This document shows, piece after piece, positions 13,373 to 27,180 of a stretch of DNA of 64,000 nt. Source of the stretch: Octopus vulgaris. Its lineage: Eukaryota. The position numbers were made by a program, and so were the translations under genes. Location of the stretch: NCBI GenBank assembly GCA_951406725.2, contig OX597814.1:154008001-154072000 (forward strand), written 5' to 3'. Every line of letters begins with the position of its first letter. Position 1 is the first letter of the stretch. The notes under the pieces are model-generated. The model had not been told where the DNA came from. It was given only the letters and a program-made list of their open reading frames with translations, and did not search any database.

Positions 13373-13573
13373 TAAGGGCTTTACTATACATAAATGCCTC
13401 ACACTAGAAGGGACTCTTAAAGTCAAAACTAGCATGAGGCATTTATGTATAGTAATACCCTTAATATAAATAAATATATTCAAAGGGAATAATTAATAAA
13501 TTTTTCCCTTATGAGGTTTTTCATGCTAACTACTTGATAATTCCTTATAAAGATTTTATCCTACTTTTAAATT
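13364..13573. mobile_element. Core-less relative of the 63124 element (hairpin plus tail) in a (TA)n tract
   Basis: IR 13364-13407/13429-13472 resembles the 63124 arms (tatacata.atgcc.cac.cta...agggac); followed by the same 'cttatgaggtttttca' tail. Confidence 0.7.
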
Positions 13574-14086
13574 ATATATATATATATCATCATCATCAAA
13601 TGGACTTCTTTTAGTTTCCATCTACTAAATCCATGTACAAGGCTTTCATTGACCTCAGACTATAGTAAAAGTCACTTGCCCAAAATGCCATCTAGTGAGA
13701 TTGAACTCAAAGCCATGTAGTTGAGAAGCAAAGTTCTTACCACACAGCCATGTTAATGCTATAAAGGTTTTAAAGATTTTTTAGGAACTAAGGGTATGAT
13801 AAGGTCCATGAAGCTGAAGACCAACTGGAGAGTTAAAACTCCTCATTAATTGAAATGATGGAGAATGTTACCCTCTGCATACCCTACCATTTTCATCACC
13901 GTCTCTTTAGCAGTTTCATTGCTACAGAAGCTTTAGAGCTGAGGTCCACATCCTTCTATGTTCCATTATTGAAAGTAAATTTATTCCAACTCTGTTCTAG
14001 TCAATATTTTGTGTTTACACTTCTACCAAAATTAAACAACCCAACAAAGAGGCAACTGCAAAAATGTTTTTAAACATCATTTTGAG

Positions 14087-14146
<60 letters not shown>

Positions 14147-14747
14147 GTAATAATAATTGTTCAAAACACTTATATTTCTCTTTGTTATAGGTGCTGGCAT
14201 GGCTATGATGTAAGAAATTTGCTTCCCTACCATATGGTTTCCGTCCCACTGCCTAGCACATTGGGCAAGTGTCTTCTACTGTAGCTTCAGGCTGACTAAA
14301 GCTTTCATCATCATCATCATCATCATCATTTAATGTCCGTTGTTCATGCTGGCATGGGTTGGATGGTTTGACTGGGCTGGCAAGGTGGAAGGCTACACCA
14401 GGCTCCAGTCTGATTTGGCACAGTTTTCTATGGCTAGAAGCCCTTCCTAACACCTACCACTCTGAGAGTGTATTAAGTGCTTTTATGTGCCACTGGATTG
14501 GGTGCCATTTATGTGACACCGGGGTGCTTTTATGTGCCACCAGCATGGGTGTCAATTTGCATGACACTGGAATCTGCCATGACTGTGATTTTGCTTGGCT
14601 CGATGGGTCTTCTTCTCAAGCATGGCATAATGCCAAAGGTCTCAGTCATTGCCTCCATGAGGCCCAACACTTCTAAGTGGATTTGGTAGATGGAAACTGA
14701 AAGAAGCCCATCAGACATGTGGGTGGGATGTTTGTGTGTGCGTGTCT

Positions 14748-14829
<82 letters not shown>

Positions 14830-15999
14830 ATATTACTGTCTCATTGCTTTGACATTGCATGATAAATGTAAATGAGTATCACCATCAAGCAAGCAGTATT
14901 CATCATTTCCAATCTTCCATGGAAACATGTCTGAAAACGTTAAATTGCTTGGAAACAGGTGAGGATTGGTGACAGGAAGAGTGTGAGGCCATAGAAAATC
15001 TTCCTCAACAAATTCCATCTGAGCCATGTGTGCATGGAAAATGAAGCATAAATTGATGATGACGATGATGATGACGAAGATGATGATGATGACGACGACG
15101 ACGATAATGATGACAACAATGACAACGATGAGGAAGATGATGAAGATGGCGATGACAACGATGATGATGATGGTGATGCTAAACAAACAATAAACAGACA
15201 CCAGAACCAAACTCGGTTTTCTGAATTAAACCACTCCATTAGCATCAACACAGTAATTAGGATGTATACAATACAGATAATTAAATCCCGAGAGTAGAAA
15301 GGAAAAAAAATTTTTTTTTTTCACAAAATATGTCTACTTCAAATTTTCCTCTCATTTTCAGATTTTTTTAAACACAAAAAAACAAACAAATTATGTACTA
15401 ATCCATATTCTGCAAATTTACCTGTTGCTTAGATAAAATTTATTCCCTGGGATAAATTTATCCAGCTCGGGAAACCCTCATTTAATGAGAATCTATAACA
15501 TTAGCCTACATTCTAGTCCAACTTAATTGACCAATTTTTATAAGTAAAAATTCTATGCCAATGTTCAAATTTATACTTCTCTTTGGAATTTGATAAATAT
15601 AATAATTAATTAGATTTAACAATTTGTTCTTGTCAGGAAGTAATTTTACTAATGCAGTTTTCCTGTTTGTGTTTTATATGGCACTTAACACTTTTCACAA
15701 AGGCTGTTAATGTCATAAATTGGTGGATTTCATTATTTATAATATTTCTGACATCAGAAATAAAACTGAATATGTGATTGTGAAAATATTAGGGGTTAGA
15801 AAACATTTTTTGGCCAGGTTGATTTACACATGCGTGCCAGCATGGGCGTGTGGGAAGATGCTTGTTTCCCAACCACATAGATCTGGGTTCAGTCCCACTG
15901 CATGACACCTGAGCAATCATCTTCTACAATAATCTCAGGCTGACCAAAGCTTTGTGAGTGGATTTAGTATACAGAAACTGAAAGAAACCCATTGTCTGT

Positions 16000-16055
16000 G
16001 TGTATATATATATATACATATACATATACACACACACACATATATATATACATAC

Positions 16056-16138
<83 letters not shown>

Positions 16139-16199
16139 TATATACACATATATATATACAAATATATATATACACATATATATACAAATATATATATAT

Positions 16200-16248
<49 letters not shown>
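16000..16248. repeat. Long (TA)n/(CA)n microsatellite
   Basis: Direct observation; source of the YIYI ORFs. Confidence 0.95.
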
Positions 16249-16249
<1 letters not shown>

Positions 16250-16520
16250 TAGCAGCTAAGCCCGGTTACCCCCGGTCAGTTTGGATGATGTGGGTGTAAA
16301 ACCTGCTCTGTGTAAGCATTCGACTTGTTTGGGCACACTTATGTTAAAAAACAATTTTAGAATGACTTTTTTCTGTCAAAACGCTAAAAAAACTAACCAA
16401 CAAAAAAATGCTACCGAGATTTCTATGTTTAATCCTTCTTCATGGAACGCTAAAGGGCTATATCTGAACAATTATGTTGCTTACTTATACACTTCACTTC
16501 CTGTGAAATCTTTGTAAAAT
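16247..16520 (+). mobile_element. Possible Helentron/DINE-1-like element start
   Basis: Begins TACTAGCAGCTAAGCCCGGTTACCCCCGG right after (TA)n, resembling HINE/DINE termini. Confidence 0.35.
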
Positions 16521-16534
16521 TGACTGATTAATTC

Positions 16535-16925
16535 TTTTATCTTTTACCTGTTTCAGTCATTTAACTGTAACCCTGCTGGGGAACCACCTTGAAGAATTCA
16601 TTTTAGCTGAATTGACCCCAGTACTTATTTTTTTTAACCTGGCACTTCTTCTATTGGTGCCTTTTGCCGAACTGCCAAATTACAGGGATGTAAACATACT
16701 AACACTGGTTGTCAAGCAGTGGTGAGGGACAAACACAGACACAAATACACATACACATATAGATATATATCTACATATACAATGAGCTTCTTTCAGTTTC
16801 CAAATACCAAATCCACTTTTATCAGCCTGAGGCTATAGTAGAAGACACTTGCTCAAGGTGCCATGCAATGGAACTGAACTTGGAACCACATGGTTGGGAA
16901 GCAAACTTCTTACCACACAGCAAGG
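16535..16925 (-). mobile_element. Dominant SINE copy
   Basis: Reverse complement of the consensus head and tail. Confidence 0.8.
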
Positions 16926-19900
16926 CCTGTTTCAGAGTTTTGTAATTTTGAGTGAAAAAATTGGCAGATTGTCTCATAAAATTGAATTATATATGATATG
17001 AATAGAGTATCCTCTCAAGACAATGTAGAGTTGGGAGAACCTATTCTTCCTGTTCTGTTGAGGACATGGCAAATTCTCTAGGGTTGGCCTCAGAAATAGA
17101 AATCACTCACTACACAATACAATGTGATTGATATTAGGAACTGCATCCAACCACAGAAACAATACCAAATAAGATATACAAGTGAGATATGTCTCCAGAC
17201 ACATTTAGGAGGGTGTTAACTCCAAATAAGGACACAGACAGTGACAAGTCAGCCAAGCCATACTACCATAAAAAACAAATGTAAAATGACGATGATGATA
17301 AAGTAACTTGTGATGAGTTAAAATGACAGTACTTCATGTTTGCAAACAGCTGATGTCAAAAGAGTTAAAAAGTCTTCTAGTTATTCTTATCACTTCAGTA
17401 AATTAAAAGTTGAGATTCCACTGTATTCCTATCTTGTTTTTAATTGCATAATCAATTTCTTTAATAAGTAAATCTTCATTGTAGATAAAATTAGTAAAGT
17501 GATAGTTTTGAATTAAGTGACAAATAAACACTTTCTGTTTTTTTTTGCCTTTATTTTTCATTATCAATTGAATTTTATTCATTCACAAGATTCTAGCTGT
17601 TATCATTTAGTAATTCAAAGTATACAGAAGTCATTGTTGGAATGTATAAATATTTGGCTCACAGGTTTGTCATGCCAATGTAAATCAATAAAAAATAATT
17701 AGCATTGCTTGGATAGATTAACATCACCCATCATTGTTTTAATGACCACTCTTTCGTGCTTGCATGTGTCAGACAGATTTTGTTGAGGTAGATTTCCAAT
17801 GGCCAGACACCCTTTCCGTAATTGGTCCTTTTCCCCATAATCAGACATACTCTCCAAGAATATTGGGAATGAAGGATACTGCTTGTGTAATGGTGATACT
17901 TGTTTATTACGACCACACAATGACCAGGCAAGGAGGAACATACATGCATATACATATAGAATGTTGTTAGAATTATAATCCAAGTTGTGTCTTGTGAAGA
18001 TGTTATAATTGTGTGAGATTATAGAGTAATTACAAATCCAGTGGTAGCTAGTAGATAAAATTAATGGGCGTGCTACTTAAGAAAACTTTTAGCTGTTGTT
18101 TTAATATTGTGTAAAAGTAAACAAAGATATAAAAAGAATATTTATACATAAACTTGACTGGTTCGCATTTTAGCCCCTACCGAGTAGTGTGCTTAATTTG
18201 CTCACTGAACACCACTGCTAATTCTCTCTTGTTTTTCAAAAATCGCCCCCTAAATCACAAAATAAGGGGGAAAAATCTGCCCTATTTTTCAAATCCTGGC
18301 AGCAAAACTGTAGCTGGAAGTAGGATAATAATCTAATTCTACACTTTATCACATTCAAGAATATAAACATGTTTTTAAGCACAAAACACGGGGAGTCAAA
18401 AAGAAACACTACCTTTCTCCTGCACACCAGCGTCAACACTGCGTGAACCACAGTGCTCTCTCTCACTAGCATGCAGCTTCCTATCTCGGACATGTGAGCA
18501 TGCACACAACAGCCAAACATTGTGTTGCTGGAACTGTGAAGCACACAGTTCTAAACAAGGATTTTTGTATTTTTTTCATAAACTAGGGGATGGCTACTGA
18601 CATTAAGCTTAAGAATTATATAATGTACAAGTATAAAGAAAGAATTAAAGGAAAAAGGACTCATTATATTGAATGTTATCGATAATATTGAGTGGAAATA
18701 GGGAGCACTGCAGTTCTGCAGCACCTATAAACAAGCTGCCACTTTACAAATCAAAACAGGATATTAATACCAAAAATCATTTCAAATCTCCAATTTTGAC
18801 ACATATACATACACACACCTATGCCAGCATAGAAAGAAGATGCTAAATGATGATAATGATGATGATATTAAACACACAGGCCTTCTCTCAGTTTCTATCT
18901 ACTAAATTCACTCACAGAATTTTATGGTCTGCTTGGGGTTGTAGTAGATGACACCTACCCAAAGTGCCATGCAATGGGACTGAACCTGAAACCTTCTGTT
19001 TGGAAAGCAAACTTCTTACCAAATGCATTATACATCTGTAAAAAAACTGTTTTATTCTTGTTTTATTATATAATCCATGCTTGTATAACATAATTGCAAT
19101 ATTGATGAGATATTGAATTGTAATTTATCAACTACTATGCAAATTTGGTTAATTGTGTAAAAATACCGAAGCTATGCATTTCAGTGGAATTGACTGTACT
19201 ACTACTGACTTTAGTGTTGTACCCCTGAGAAAGATATATCATTCTGTTTACTTTAGATTATCTAATGGACACGTTGCATCATTGCATTATATTATGGTTG
19301 ATAAGGGAAGGGCAGCCGTTTGTAAAAGCAATTGCTTTTGAATGATTGAAGTGTTTCAATTTGTGTTAAGCATTTTATCCATAATAGCATGGCAAAGGAG
19401 AGGTCGTTCAAAATGAAAAGAAGAAAAATATCTTTCACAATATCAAAGATGCAGTAGTTTTTCAGGTTAAAGTGTTAGATTAGTTAGCACATGTCATGTA
19501 CATCATGGAAAACAACCTGTTTTAGTCTATGCTTTTGTGAAATGATTTTTTAAAAAAAGAACACAACATCAAATTATATCAAAATGTTCAGCTGTAGCCT
19601 GATAATGGAATTGCTTAATAAATCCTAATGTAATCTGGACAAAATAACAAATCAGAGAGAAAAATATGAATGAAACTGATGGTGCTTTGTTTATTGTATT
19701 TCATAAAAACCAAAAGAGGCCTCACACATTTGATCATTTGCATAAATTTATATACAACTGAGTACAAACAAAGCTGTTTTTAATTTAGAGGCCTTGATAT
19801 TGATTGTCATTGTAGCTATTCAGTATCAAATTAGTCCTGATTGATCAGATCTTGATTGACCACTGACCACCTTGTCCTTCTCTTAGCTATTACATAGCTA

Positions 19901-20137
19901 GGACTAGATTATCCAATATGATTCTTTCTTTTTCTAAACAGTAGGATGATTCATTTCTTACATAGAGACAAGTCTTTCTTTTTTTATATATATATATATA
20001 AGCACAGACATGGCCAAGATGTTCAGAAGTTTATTTCCTGGCTATGTTTTTAAGTTCAGTCTCATTATGTGGCACTTTGGACAAGTGTGTTCTAGTATAG
20101 CTCCAGATCACAGCCTTGTGAGTAGATTTGACAGATG

Positions 20138-20431
20138 TGGAGGCACATGGCCTAGTGGCTAGAGCAGCGGACTCGCGGTCGAGGGATTGTGAGTTCGAAT
20201 CTCAGACTGGGCGATGTGTGTGTTTATGAGTGAAACACCTAAGCTCCACGTGGCTCTAGCAGAAGGTAATGGCGAACCTCTGTTGACTCTTTCGCCACAA
20301 CTTTCTCTCACTCTTTCCTCCCGCATCTTGCAGCTCACCTGCAATGGACCAACGTCCCGTCCAGGTGGGGAACCTATATGCCAAGGAAACCGGCCCTTAT
20401 GAGCCAGACATGGCTCAAGAAGGAACAAATA
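20138..20431 (+). mobile_element. Third tRNA-derived SINE nested in a dominant-SINE copy
   Basis: Head ggaggcacatggcctagtggctagagc...gagttcgaatc; core cctgcaatggaccaacgtcccgtccagg; TSD ATTTGACAGATG/ATTTGACTGATG. Confidence 0.8.
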
Positions 20432-22876
20432 ATTTGACTGATGGAAACTGAAAGCAGCTCATTGTATATGTATGTATGTATATATGTGTTTGCATCTCCT
20501 TGTTTTGACATGACAGTTGTAAATATGAGTGTCATTCAATTCCAATATTCTACAAAAATGTATCTGGCAACATTGGAATTATTGGGCTGCTTGGAAACAG
20601 ATGAGAATTAGCAACAGGATGGGCATGTAGTCTGGAAAATCTGCTTAAATAAACTCTGATCCATGCAAGCATAGAAAAGTGGATGATGAATAAAAATAAA
20701 AATAAAAGAAATGGAATTATTCCAGAAAATTACTTTTTTGAGAGTGTAAAATAAAATGGTTTTCATTGAGAATTAGAAATAGCCAACACTTTCTGCTTGG
20801 TAGGAACTTCAGTTCCTGAATACCAGACAGAGATCTAACCAGTATCTTTCTCAATTTAATGTTCATTCTTCCATGGTGGCATAAGTTGGACCTGTTTGCT
20901 ATACAGCATCTTCTCTCTTCTTGAAGTTCAGAATTCTAGAGTTTTGCTTTCACTTCTCTTATCTTTCTCCACTGATAGCATGCTGTACTTTTTCACCGGT
21001 ACCATCATCAATTCATATCACACATCAGTGCAGTAAAATTTCTTGCATACGTTGGTTGATGCTTTAATACTCTCCTATTTTCAGGTTATTTATGCTTAGC
21101 CTTATCCTGTAATTCAAGTTAACATTATTCATTCAACAAACCCTGTCCTTTTTTCTTTCCAGCTGTCACAATCTTTCCATATGCAATACTCATGTCATAT
21201 TACAATGTAGCAGAGCTTTTTTTACACATGCTTCATACTAACTGCTTTTTGAATGAAAAGAAAAAGCCTAAGTTGCCAACAGAAGCAACACAGTGAATAT
21301 CTGAAAAATGAAGCTATTTTTTCATGTTCATAAGAAGTGTAGAAGTAAAAACCATATATTAACTTTTGAATTATCTCAAGAATCTAATTCATAACGAAGA
21401 TTTCAAAGTCTCAAATTCAATGTTGTATGACTTGTAATTCAAAAATCCAAAAGCTTAGGCAATTACTTTAAAACCAAATTTTGTTGTTTCCCTTAAACTC
21501 ACCAGAAAAATTATAGTAATTTAGTGTTTTTTAACAAATGTCACATGTTTTTGAATCAAGAGCCACTCAAGAAATGCAACAACCTGAGTATAAATGCTTT
21601 ATCAGAAGACATTGATTTTTTTAAAAATATATAATATTTAGAAGCTTAATAAGATGTATTCAAGTAATCAATTCATGACACAATGCCATTTATTTAAAAA
21701 CTGATTTTAGTATTAATAAAAAGCTATGCAATAATCATGTGCTAGACTTTTTTGTATTATTTCTTAGAATTAGACTTGAAAATGTATTAGTGATAAATGG
21801 AGATTATCTAGCATAGTTTTTCTGCCACAACGTAATTGCCATTTAAAAGCAAAAATTAGTTCTTGGCAATGGAAACAATAAAAAGGTAATAATGATGTTC
21901 AAAAGCTGAAGAATTGAACCTTTGCTATTCTAAAATCAGATAAAATAATGTTCTTCAAGGCAAACAGCTTTGCTGGTGGCCATTTTACTCAGATCATGAT
22001 GTGTGGTAACACCCATAAGTTAAATCAGTACAGATGAGACAGATAACTTGTATGAAATACACATGCCAACAGCATAAATAATCTTAGTTTTTTTTCTCCA
22101 ACTTCTTTCTTCTGAAACTGCTGTCTCAGGCTCCATTTCGAAATTATTTCTCTTTTTTACGCTTGTTTTTCTCAATAGCTGATTACTTGGTTGCTTCCCT
22201 TAATTTTCAACTCTCCTATTGCTCTCTTTCATAGATCTAGTTTTTCACATCTTTTATTTTCCAATGCTCTTAAATTCTCTTTAACTTATATTTGCAGTGG
22301 TAAAAAATAGTAACATAACTGCTCAAACTCTAATAAAAGCAATCTGTCCAGGATGAAAAGAACTGAAATAGCTCTGAATCTCTAAGAAGATAACCTCTCT
22401 AGTACATGTATGAAAGTAAGCATGCCTATTTAAACATGCAGTGGTTGACTTAAACCTTTTGTTACTGAATTTATTTTGAGATGCTCTGTGTTTTTTTTTT
22501 TTCAATTAATTTTAAATAGAACAGGGAGTTTAGTAAAATAACTTAGTTATCATTAAGCTAGTGTTAGGAACATAAATTGAGGCTAAGGTTTGGTGGAAGA
22601 TTTTAATTCAAAACTTATGAAAACAAGACATTTGTACTCGGTTTCAGCCAGGTTGGTATCAAAAGGGTTAATTTGAAGTTTTCCCAAACCAGAGTACCAT
22701 AAGAAATGGGTTAATTTGGGACAAATATATTTTTGAGGAATTTTTGTGTTTAACTTAATCTTTATCTTTTACCTTGTACTTATTTCAGTCATAAGAATGC
22801 AACCACACTGGGGCACCATCTTAGTCAAATAAACCACCCCTAACATTTATTTTGTTGGTCTCTTTTATCAAACAAC

Positions 22877-23135
22877 TCTTTTTTCTTTGCACCCTTTTAA
22901 AGCCTAGCCAGGCTCATGAGCCCGGTTTCCCGGTTTCTGTGGTGCATGTGTTCCCCAGTTGGACGAGACGCCAGTCCATCGCAGCGTTACTCATTTTTGC
23001 TAGCTGAGTGGACTGGAGCAACAGGAAATGAAGTGTTTTGCTCAAGAACACAACGCGTCGCCGGGTCAAGGAATCGAAACCACTATTTTACGCTCATGGT
23101 GCTGTTACCCTAACCACTAAGCCACACGCCTCCAC
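22877..23135 (-). mobile_element. tRNA-derived SINE (gcgatggactggcgtctcgtcca core) nested in a dominant-SINE tail
   Basis: Head gtggaggcgtgtggcttagtggttaggg; TSD TTATCAAACAACT on both sides. Confidence 0.8.
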
Positions 23136-23597
23136 TTATCAAACAACTAAGTTACAAAAAATAAATACACCAACACTGTTGTCAAGCACTGAGAGGAGAG
23201 ACAAAAAACAAATTCATACATATACATTATATGTTCTGAATCCATTCTTAGTTTTCTTCATTGGAATATGTTACTAATCATAAGACTCACATTGCTTTTA
23301 CCAGTAATGTACTCGGAATTTCAGTTTTTCTCAACTTTCCAATTCAAGAGGGTAGACAGACAGTAGTTCAGGTTGAGTGCTGCATTGAAGATACACCGAT
23401 TTTCTACCCATTCAGGACCTACACTATCTATCTAGTTATATATATATATATCTGTGTGAGTGAGTGTCTGAGATGGGTTTCCATAGAATTTTCATCCACC
23501 AAATTCATTCACAAAGCATTGCTCAGTGTGGAGCTATAGTAGAAGACAATTGCCTAAGGTGCTGCAGTTGCAAAGTGAGCTTCTTAATGTGTACCTA

Positions 23598-23873
23598 TTC
23601 TTTTATTTGTTTCAGTCATTTGACTGTGGCCATGCTGGAGCACCGCCTTTAGTCAAGCAAATCAACTCCAGGACTTTTTCTTTGTAAGCCTAGTAATTAT
23701 TCTATCGGTCTCTCTTGCTGAACTGCTAAGTTACAGGGACGTAAACATACAAGCATCGGTTGTCAAGCAAGGTTGGGGATCAAACACAGACACACAAACA
23801 TATACATACAAATACACACACACACACATACATACAAATACACACACACACACATACATATACATACAAATAC

Positions 23874-23971
<98 letters not shown>

Positions 23972-24104
23972 GGCTTCTTTCAGTTTCCATCTACCAAATC
24001 CACTCACAAAACTTTGGCCCCCGAGACTATAGGAGAAGACACTTGCCCAAGGTGCCATGCAGTGGGAGTGAACCCAGAACCATGTGGTTGGTAAGCAAGC
24101 TACT
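23598..24104 (-). mobile_element. Dominant SINE copy, split by an insertion; its 5' end resumes at 26086-26122
   Basis: Sequence breaks at ...gtaagcaagctact and resumes at gtaagcaaagctacttaccacacagccactcc. Confidence 0.88.
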
Positions 24105-26085
24105 TTATTTCATTAAGATTTGCCATAAAGGCATTACAAAGAGTAGCTTGCGGGCTGGACATATACATTGATGAGGTGAATGATGAAACAAGGATGATAT
24201 TGATGAGAGAAGGCAGAAAACGCCTGCCGATTTTCTGCTTCTCTAAAACATTATTCTTTTTTTTGTTTCCATCAAAAACGACAATTATTGGACTTAATAG
24301 TCCATTACAAATATATATAATAAATTATTCAATATACACACAATCTATAAGCTCAATCAAGCAAATGACACGCCACCTACAGGAAAGCCTGCATCGGCAG
24401 ATCGGGGCCCGGAAAGTGGAAAGCAAAATCTGTCTTATTACAGGTCACCATGACCTCGAACAGTTCCTTCTGACTTATGACGTCCACAGCCACCTGTAGA
24501 GGCCAGTCTGGACAGTCTATACAAACCGAGTCCAATCATTCTCAGCCTGGAAGACCGTCCAAGCACTTCTCGACAGGCTCTTCCCTGAGATAGAAAACGA
24601 TGGGTTTCACGTTCTCCTTATGGGGAGGGGCTTCAGCACTCTCTGTCAGTGGCACAATTCCCACTGACAGAGCCTTTCGTTCCACCGAAGGGGTTTCGGA
24701 ACATGCTGCCAGTGCACCAGCAACCGCCGGCAATGCCCTGTTTTTCTTTCTTTTCCCCTTTTTCGCGTCGGGAGAGCAAGGTTCCTCCAGTTTGTCTGTA
24801 TGTCCCTCCTTCCCTCCCGCCACCATGGGATCCATCGGTGGGCAACCATTGTTGTTCATCTTTCTTTTTTTTCCTTTCGAGGGGGTTACCTCTTCCTCGA
24901 CTTTTTCTACACCTCCCTCCTTCATATGCTCAGGAGGGTCCGTTGGAGGAAAAACATCCTCCTCTATTAATTTTTCCAGTGCCCTTGCATGGTTGTGGGG
25001 GCACTTCCTCTTAATGTGACCCGATTCCAGGCACAGGTGACACTTGGGGGGGGGGGGTGTCCCTCAAGAGTCACCGGATACCTAGAACCAGCCATCTTTA
25101 GAAAATCTGGGAAGACCAGATCTTTGGCTGATTGGGTCCATAGAGTCAAAATTGCTTTCGACCCCACCCAATCAGCCACAGGAAGCATTCTAATATTCAA
25201 GAGCCTGGCTCCACTGCCACCCAGACCCCGGTGGATAGTGTCCTCTATCCACTCAGTCTCTATTCCGGGTGGAAGGCCACTCACCCAGCCTCTTGTCAAT
25301 TTCCTTCCACGATATGTGGGGAGAAACAAAATTTTTTTCCCTTCCAGGGGCTGACTAGCAAATAAGCTAGCCTCTTTAGGGGTGTCAAATAGTAACCACA
25401 CTGTTGCAAATTTGACACCCCTTGCGATATACTTGATAGTTGGTAGGTATTCTGCCAACTCTTTTTCAATTTCGTCCTGAGAGAACACAGTGATGGTGTC
25501 GAGTGACTTGGAGTATGTCCTCAACACCACCATTCTCTCATTTCGGTCCTCTAGTCACTGCTTGGGGGGCACAATTTCCCACTCCAGCACAGTGGTTTTC
25601 TTTGTTGCCATGATTTAAAACCACAAAGAAACAAAAAAGAGTTCAACAAAAGAAGAACGGAAAGACAGAGCAGAGAAAAGAACAAAGGAAGACAGTTCAA
25701 TCAATGGCAACACAATTCCATAAGTCTGATACAGGTACTCCAGCTGCAAAAATAGTCCTTCCTGCCTTGGTACTCCTTGGTAATCCAGTGGAAATTCAGA
25801 CACGAAGACAATTTTTGTAAACAAATTAATTTTTTCATAGGGACTACGCCTCCTCAAAAAATACAATTCTCACTGCAAAGTGAGTCTTTATGCACGACCA
25901 CAGGCAGGCAAATGTCTGGAGCAGAGTGGAGACTGTTGCTCACCAAAAAATATTCAATACAGGGCAACAAATCCACTAAGCCCTCAAAAAAATACAACAA
26001 ACACCTACCTGTAGTCGAGCCTCAAAGTTCAATATTTCACGATGAAAGACGCGACATCAAGCAGCCGAAAAAAAGACGTCCGTCT
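24105..26085 (-). mobile_element. ORF1-only (HAL1-like) non-LTR retroelement, L1/Tx1-type
   Basis: 14/15-bp TSD; AATAAA at the 3' end; single gag-like ORF; no room for an EN/RT ORF. Confidence 0.8.
24377..25611 (-). pseudogene. Gag-like ORF1 (~410 codons) with RRM-like region and CCHC knuckle CHLCLESGHIKRKC
   Basis: ATG at 25611 (MATKKTTVLEWEIVPPKQ*LEDRNERMVVLR...); one frameshift in a G12 run (25046-25057); three in-frame TGA; continues LDSVCIDCPDWPLQVAV...QAFL* to 24377. Confidence 0.8.
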
Positions 26086-26157
26086 GTAAGCAAAGCTACT
26101 TACCACACAGCCACTCCTATGCCTATATTCATAATTTAATCATAAATAGTTGATACA

Positions 26158-26217
26158 ATCAGTATACTCGCATCCATAGGTGATGAGATCAGAATACTCG
26201 CATCCATAGGTGATGAG
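26158..26217. repeat. 2 x 30-bp tandem duplication
   Basis: atcag(t/a)atactcgcatccataggtgatgag occurs twice. Confidence 0.85.
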
Positions 26218-26807
26218 TCTAAACAAGCTCTTGGTTCTGATGAAATTTCTTAAGCCATATTTGTGACAAGATTCAGCACTGGCAAAATTTTCAATGAGTT
26301 TCATGATATGTGGAGATGTATATTCACTTGAAACTTGAAGGTTTGCTGCTACAACTCTTAGTTTCCCTGTTTTGATCACATTCAAGGCAACCATTATATA
26401 TATATATATGGTTGTGTGACAAGAAGTTTGCTTCCCAATCACATGGTTCCAGGTTCAGTACCACTGCATGACACCTTGGGCAAGTATTTTCTACTATCTA
26501 TAACTTTGGGCTTATCAGGGCTCTGTAGGTGGATTTGGTAAACAGAAACTGAAAGAAGCCAGCTGTAACTATGTGTGTCTTTGTGTCTATCTGTACCCCC
26601 ACCCACTGCTTGACAACTGTTGGTGTGCCTATGTCCCCATAATTTAGTGGTTTGGCAAAGCGATCAACAGAATAAGGACCAGACTTAGAAGATAAGCAAA
26701 TACTGGGGTCAGTTTGTTTGACTAAAATTCTTCAAGGTTGTGCATGACTACAGTCTAATGACTAAAACAAGTAAAAGATAAAAGATATATATATACACAA
26801 GAATTAT

Positions 26808-27180
26808 ATGGCTGTGTGGTAAGTAGCTTGCTTACCAACCACATGGTTCCAGGTTCAGTCCCACTGCGTGGCACCTTGGGCAAGTGTCTTCTACTGTAGC
26901 CTCAGGCTAACCAAAGTCTTGTGAGTGGATTTGGTAGATGGAAACTGAAAGAAGCCTATCGTATATATGCATATATATATATATCTATGTATGTATGTAT
27001 GTGTATGTATATGTTTGTGTCTGTTTGTCCCCGTAACTTAGCAGTTTGGCAAAAGATACCGACAAAATAAGTACTAGGCTTCCAAAGAGTAAGTCCTGGG
27101 ATAGATTTGCTTGATTAAAGGTGGTGCACCAGCATGGCCGCAGTCAAATGACTGAAACAAGTAAAAGAGTTAAAGAGTAA
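26808..27180 (+). mobile_element. Dominant SINE copy (tandem with an older copy at ~26405-26780)
   Basis: Full head and tail match to the consensus. Confidence 0.85.

Noticed and set aside
14833-15251. Hydrophobic and poly-Ser ORFs
   Set aside because: Reverse translations of a (GAT/GAC)n repeat tail.
15924-16299. [12 protein letters not shown] ORFs here and at ~23760-24170, 47256-48509, 53702-54011, 57486-57890, 61651-62713
   Set aside because: Translations of (TA)n/(CA)n microsatellites and SINE bodies; not genes.
20138-20215. tRNA gene
   Set aside because: The tRNA-like head continues into a SINE body with a TSD; no proper acceptor stem. The same applies to the other SINE heads.
26140-26442. 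100-aa ORF with repeated LITYGCEY
   Set aside because: Starts in a SINE, the repeat comes from a 30-bp tandem duplication, and I recognise no domain or splice support.
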